Assembly: GCF_006345805.1 (NCBI RefSeq)
Contig: NW_021829832.1
Coordinates: 1 to 64,000, forward strand
Direction of reading: 5' to 3'
Source of the DNA: Octopus sinensis
Lineage: Eukaryota
Length of the DNA: 64,000 nt
Shown here: piece after piece, positions 60,921 to 64,000 of the stretch
Position numbering within the stretch: position 1 is the first letter of the stretch
How the letters are laid out: each line of letters starts with the position of its first letter
Notes under the pieces: model-generated
Told to the model about the DNA's origin: nothing
The model's input: only the letters and a program-made list of their open reading frames with translations
The model's database searches: none
Position numbers and translations under genes: made by a program

Positions 60921-63900
60921 GCTTGAAGGTTGTGGAGGACCTCATCATGTGAGTCGAGGACTTTCTTGTCGTTCATTTTAACAAAAACGCAGAAAATATT
61001 TTTTTTTAATTTTTGGGCTTGAAGGTTTTGGGGGACCACATCATGTGAGTCGAGGACTTTCTTGTTGTTCATTTAACAAAAACGCAGAAAATAATTTTTT
61101 TTAATTTTTTGGCTTGAAGGTTTTGAGGGACCACATCATGTGAGTCGAGGACTTTCTTGTTGTTCATTTTAACAAAAACGCAGAAAATAATTTTTTTAAT
61201 TTTTTACCTTGAAGGTTTTGGGGGACCACATCATGTGAGTCGAGGACTTTCTTGTTGTTCATTTTAACAAAAACGCAGAAAATAATTTTTTTAATTTTTT
61301 ACCTTGAAGGTTTTGGGGGACCACATCATGTGAGTCGAGGACTTTCTTGTTGTTCATTTTAACAAAAACGCAGAAAATAATTTTTTTAATTTTTTACCTT
61401 GAAGGTTTTGGGGGACCACATCATGTGAGTCGAGGACTTTCTTGTTGTTCATTTTAACAAAAACGCAGAAAATAATTTTTTTAATTTTTTACCTTGAAGT
61501 TTTTGGGGGACCACATCATGTGAGTCGAGGACTTTCTTGTTGTTCATTTTAACAAAAACGCAGAAAATAATTTTTTTAATTTTTTACCTTGAAGGTTTTG
61601 GGGGACCACATCATGTGAGTCGAGGACTTTCTTGTTGTTCATTTTAACAAAAACGCAGAAAATAATTTTTTTTAATTTTTTACCTTGAAGTTTTTGGGGG
61701 ACCACATCATGTGAGTCGAGGACTTTCTTGTTGTTCATTTAACAAAAACGCAGAAAATAATTTTTTTAATTTTTTACCTTGAAGGTTTTGGGGGACCACA
61801 TCATGTGAGTCGAGGACTTTCTTGTTGTTCATTTTAACAAAAACGCAGAAAATATTTTTTTTAATTTTTGGGCTTGAAGGTTTTGGGGGACCACATCATG
61901 TGAGTCGAGGACTTTCTTGTTGTTCATTTTAACAAAAACGCAGAAAATAATTTTTTTAATTTTTTACCTTGAAGTTTTTGGGGGACCACATCATGTGAGT
62001 CGAGGACTTTCTTGTTGTTCATTTTAACAAAAACGCAGAAAATAATTTTTTTAATTTTTTGGCTTGAAGGTTTTGGGGGACCACATCATGTGAGTCGAGG
62101 ACTTTCTTGTTGTTCATTTAACAAAAACGCAGAAAATAATTTTTTTTAAATTTTTTGGCTTGAAGGTTTTGAGGGACCACATCATGTGAGTCGAGGACTT
62201 TCTTGTTGTTCATTTTAACAAAAACGCAGAAAATAATTTTTTTTAATTTTTTGGCTTGAAGGTTTTGAGGGACCACATCATGTGAGTCGAGGACTTTCTT
62301 GTTGTTCATTTTAACAAAAACGCAGAAAATATTTTTTTTAATTTTTGGGCTTGAAGGTTTTGGGGGACCACATCATGTGAGTCGAGGACTTTCTTGTTGT
62401 TCATTTTAACAAAAACGCAGAAAATATTTTTTTTTTAATTTTTGGCTTGAAGGTTTTGGGGGACCACATCATGTGAGTCGAGGACTTTCTTGTTGTTCAT
62501 TTTAACAAAAACGCAGAAAATAATTTTTTTAATTTTTTGGCTTGAAGGTTTTGGGGGACCACATCATGTGAGTCGAGGACTTTCTTGTCGTTCATTTTAA
62601 CAAAAACGCAGAAAATATTTTTTTTTAATTTTTGGGCTTGAAGGTTTTGGGGGACCACATCATGTGAGTCGAGGACTTTCTTGTTGTTCATTTAACAAAA
62701 ACGCAGAAAATATTTTTTTTTAATTTTTTGGCTTGAAGGTTTTGAGGGACCACATCATGTGAGTCGAGGACTTTCTTGTTGTTCATTTTAACAAAAACGC
62801 AGAAAATAATTTTTTTAATTTTTTACCTTGAAGTTTTTGGGGGGACCACATCATGTGAGTCGAGGACTTTCTTGTTGTTCATTTTAACAAAAACGCAGAA
62901 AATAATTTTTTTAATTTTTTACCTTGAAGTTTTTGGGGGACCACATCATGTGAGTCGAGGACTTTCTTGTTGTTCATTTTAACAAAAACGCAGAAAATAA
63001 TTTTTTTAATTTTTTTACCTGAAGGTTTTGGGGGACCACATCATGTGAGTCGAGGACTTTCTTGTTGTTCATTTTAACAAAAACGCAGAAAATAATTTTT
63101 TTAATTTTTTAGCTTGAAGGTTTTGGGGGACCACATCATGTGAGTCGAGGACTTTCTTGTTGTTCATTTTAACAAAAACGCAGAAAATAATTTTTTTTAA
63201 TTTTTTGGCTTGAAGGTTTTGGGGGACCACATCATGTGAGTCGAGGACTTTCTTGTCGTTCATTTTAACAAAAACGCAGAAAATATTTTTTTTTAATTTT
63301 TGGGCTTGAAGGTTTTGGGGGACCACATCATGTGAGTCGAGGACTTTCTTGTTGTTCATTTAACAAAAACGCAGAAAATAATTTTTTTTAAATTTTTTGG
63401 CTTGAAGGTTTTGAGGGACCACATCATGTGAGTCGAGGACTTTCTTGTTGTTCATTTTAACAAAAACGCAGAAAATAATTTTTTTAATTTTTTACCTTGA
63501 AGTTTTTGGGGGACCACATCATGTGAGTCGAGGACTTTCTTGTTGTTCATTTTAACAAAAACGCAGAAAATAATTTTTTTAATTTTTTAGCTTGAAGGTT
63601 TTGGGGGACCACATCATGTGAGTCGAGGACTTTCTTGTTGTTCATTTTAACAAAAACGCAGAAAATAATTTTTTTTAATTTTTTACCTTGAAGGTTTTGG
63701 GGGACCACATCATGTGAGTCGAGGACTTTCTTGTCGTTCATTTTAACAAAAACGCAGAAAATATTTTTTTTAATTTTTGGGCTTGAAGGTTTTGGGGGAC
63801 CACATCATGTGAGTCGAGGACTTTCTTGTTGTTCATTTAACAAAAACGCAGAAAATAATTTTTTTTAAATTTTTTGGCTTGAAGGTTTTGAGGGACCACA

Positions 63901-64000
63901 TCATGTGAGTCGAGGACTTTCTTGTTGTTCATTTTAACAAAAACGCAGAAAATAATTTTTTTAATTTTTTACCTTGAAGTTTTTGGGGGACCACATCATG
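60921..64000 (-). repeat. Tandem array of ~95-bp units (about 32 copies in window), related to the array at 22-28 kb
   Basis: Minus-strand unit ATGAACAACAAGAAAGTCCTCGACTCACATGATGTGGTCCCCCAAAACCTTCAAG..AAAAAATTAAAAAAA.TATTTTCTGCGTTTTTGTTAAA. Confidence 0.97.

Larger units (their letters stand above)
59269..64000 (-). mobile_element. Helitron 2 (deletion derivative; 5' end lies beyond the window)
   Basis: Hairpin-CTAG|T end at 59269-59272, PIF1-like helicase remnant, an internal motif shared with Helitron 1 (60780-60818 vs 28525-28563), and a related tandem array. Confidence 0.8.

Overview
Eukaryotic (metazoan) genomic DNA, not prokaryotic. Genes have ultra-short GT-AG introns (about 22-35 nt), standard genetic code and very short intergenic gaps. 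Snail, Tectonic, TMC and TDRD12 together with this intron size suggest a reduced ciliated animal such as a dicyemid (inference only). Host genes recognised: USE1, TDRD12, Snail, Tectonic, MAPKAPK2, TFIIS, TRAPPC8, PBRM1, LRR1, TPRKB and TMC, plus fragments of SLC24/NCKX, an RDH-type SDR and TRRAP. About half the window is mobile DNA: three R4/Dong-like RLE retroelements, at least six CRE-like pieces, one RTE element with a twin-priming-type 5' inversion and 14-bp TSD, Tc1 and hAT fragments, and two Helitrons that each carry a long array of a related 93-96 bp tandem repeat. Best candidates for novelty: (1) two diverged R4-like elements share a -1 frame change at the same slippery heptamer G_GGA_AAG, suggesting programmed ribosomal frameshifting in a normally single-ORF group; (2) Helitron-borne satellite arrays that also contain CRE insertions; (3) the twin-primed RTE. 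Gene boundaries and homologies were read by eye and from memory of the families; no database searches were run.
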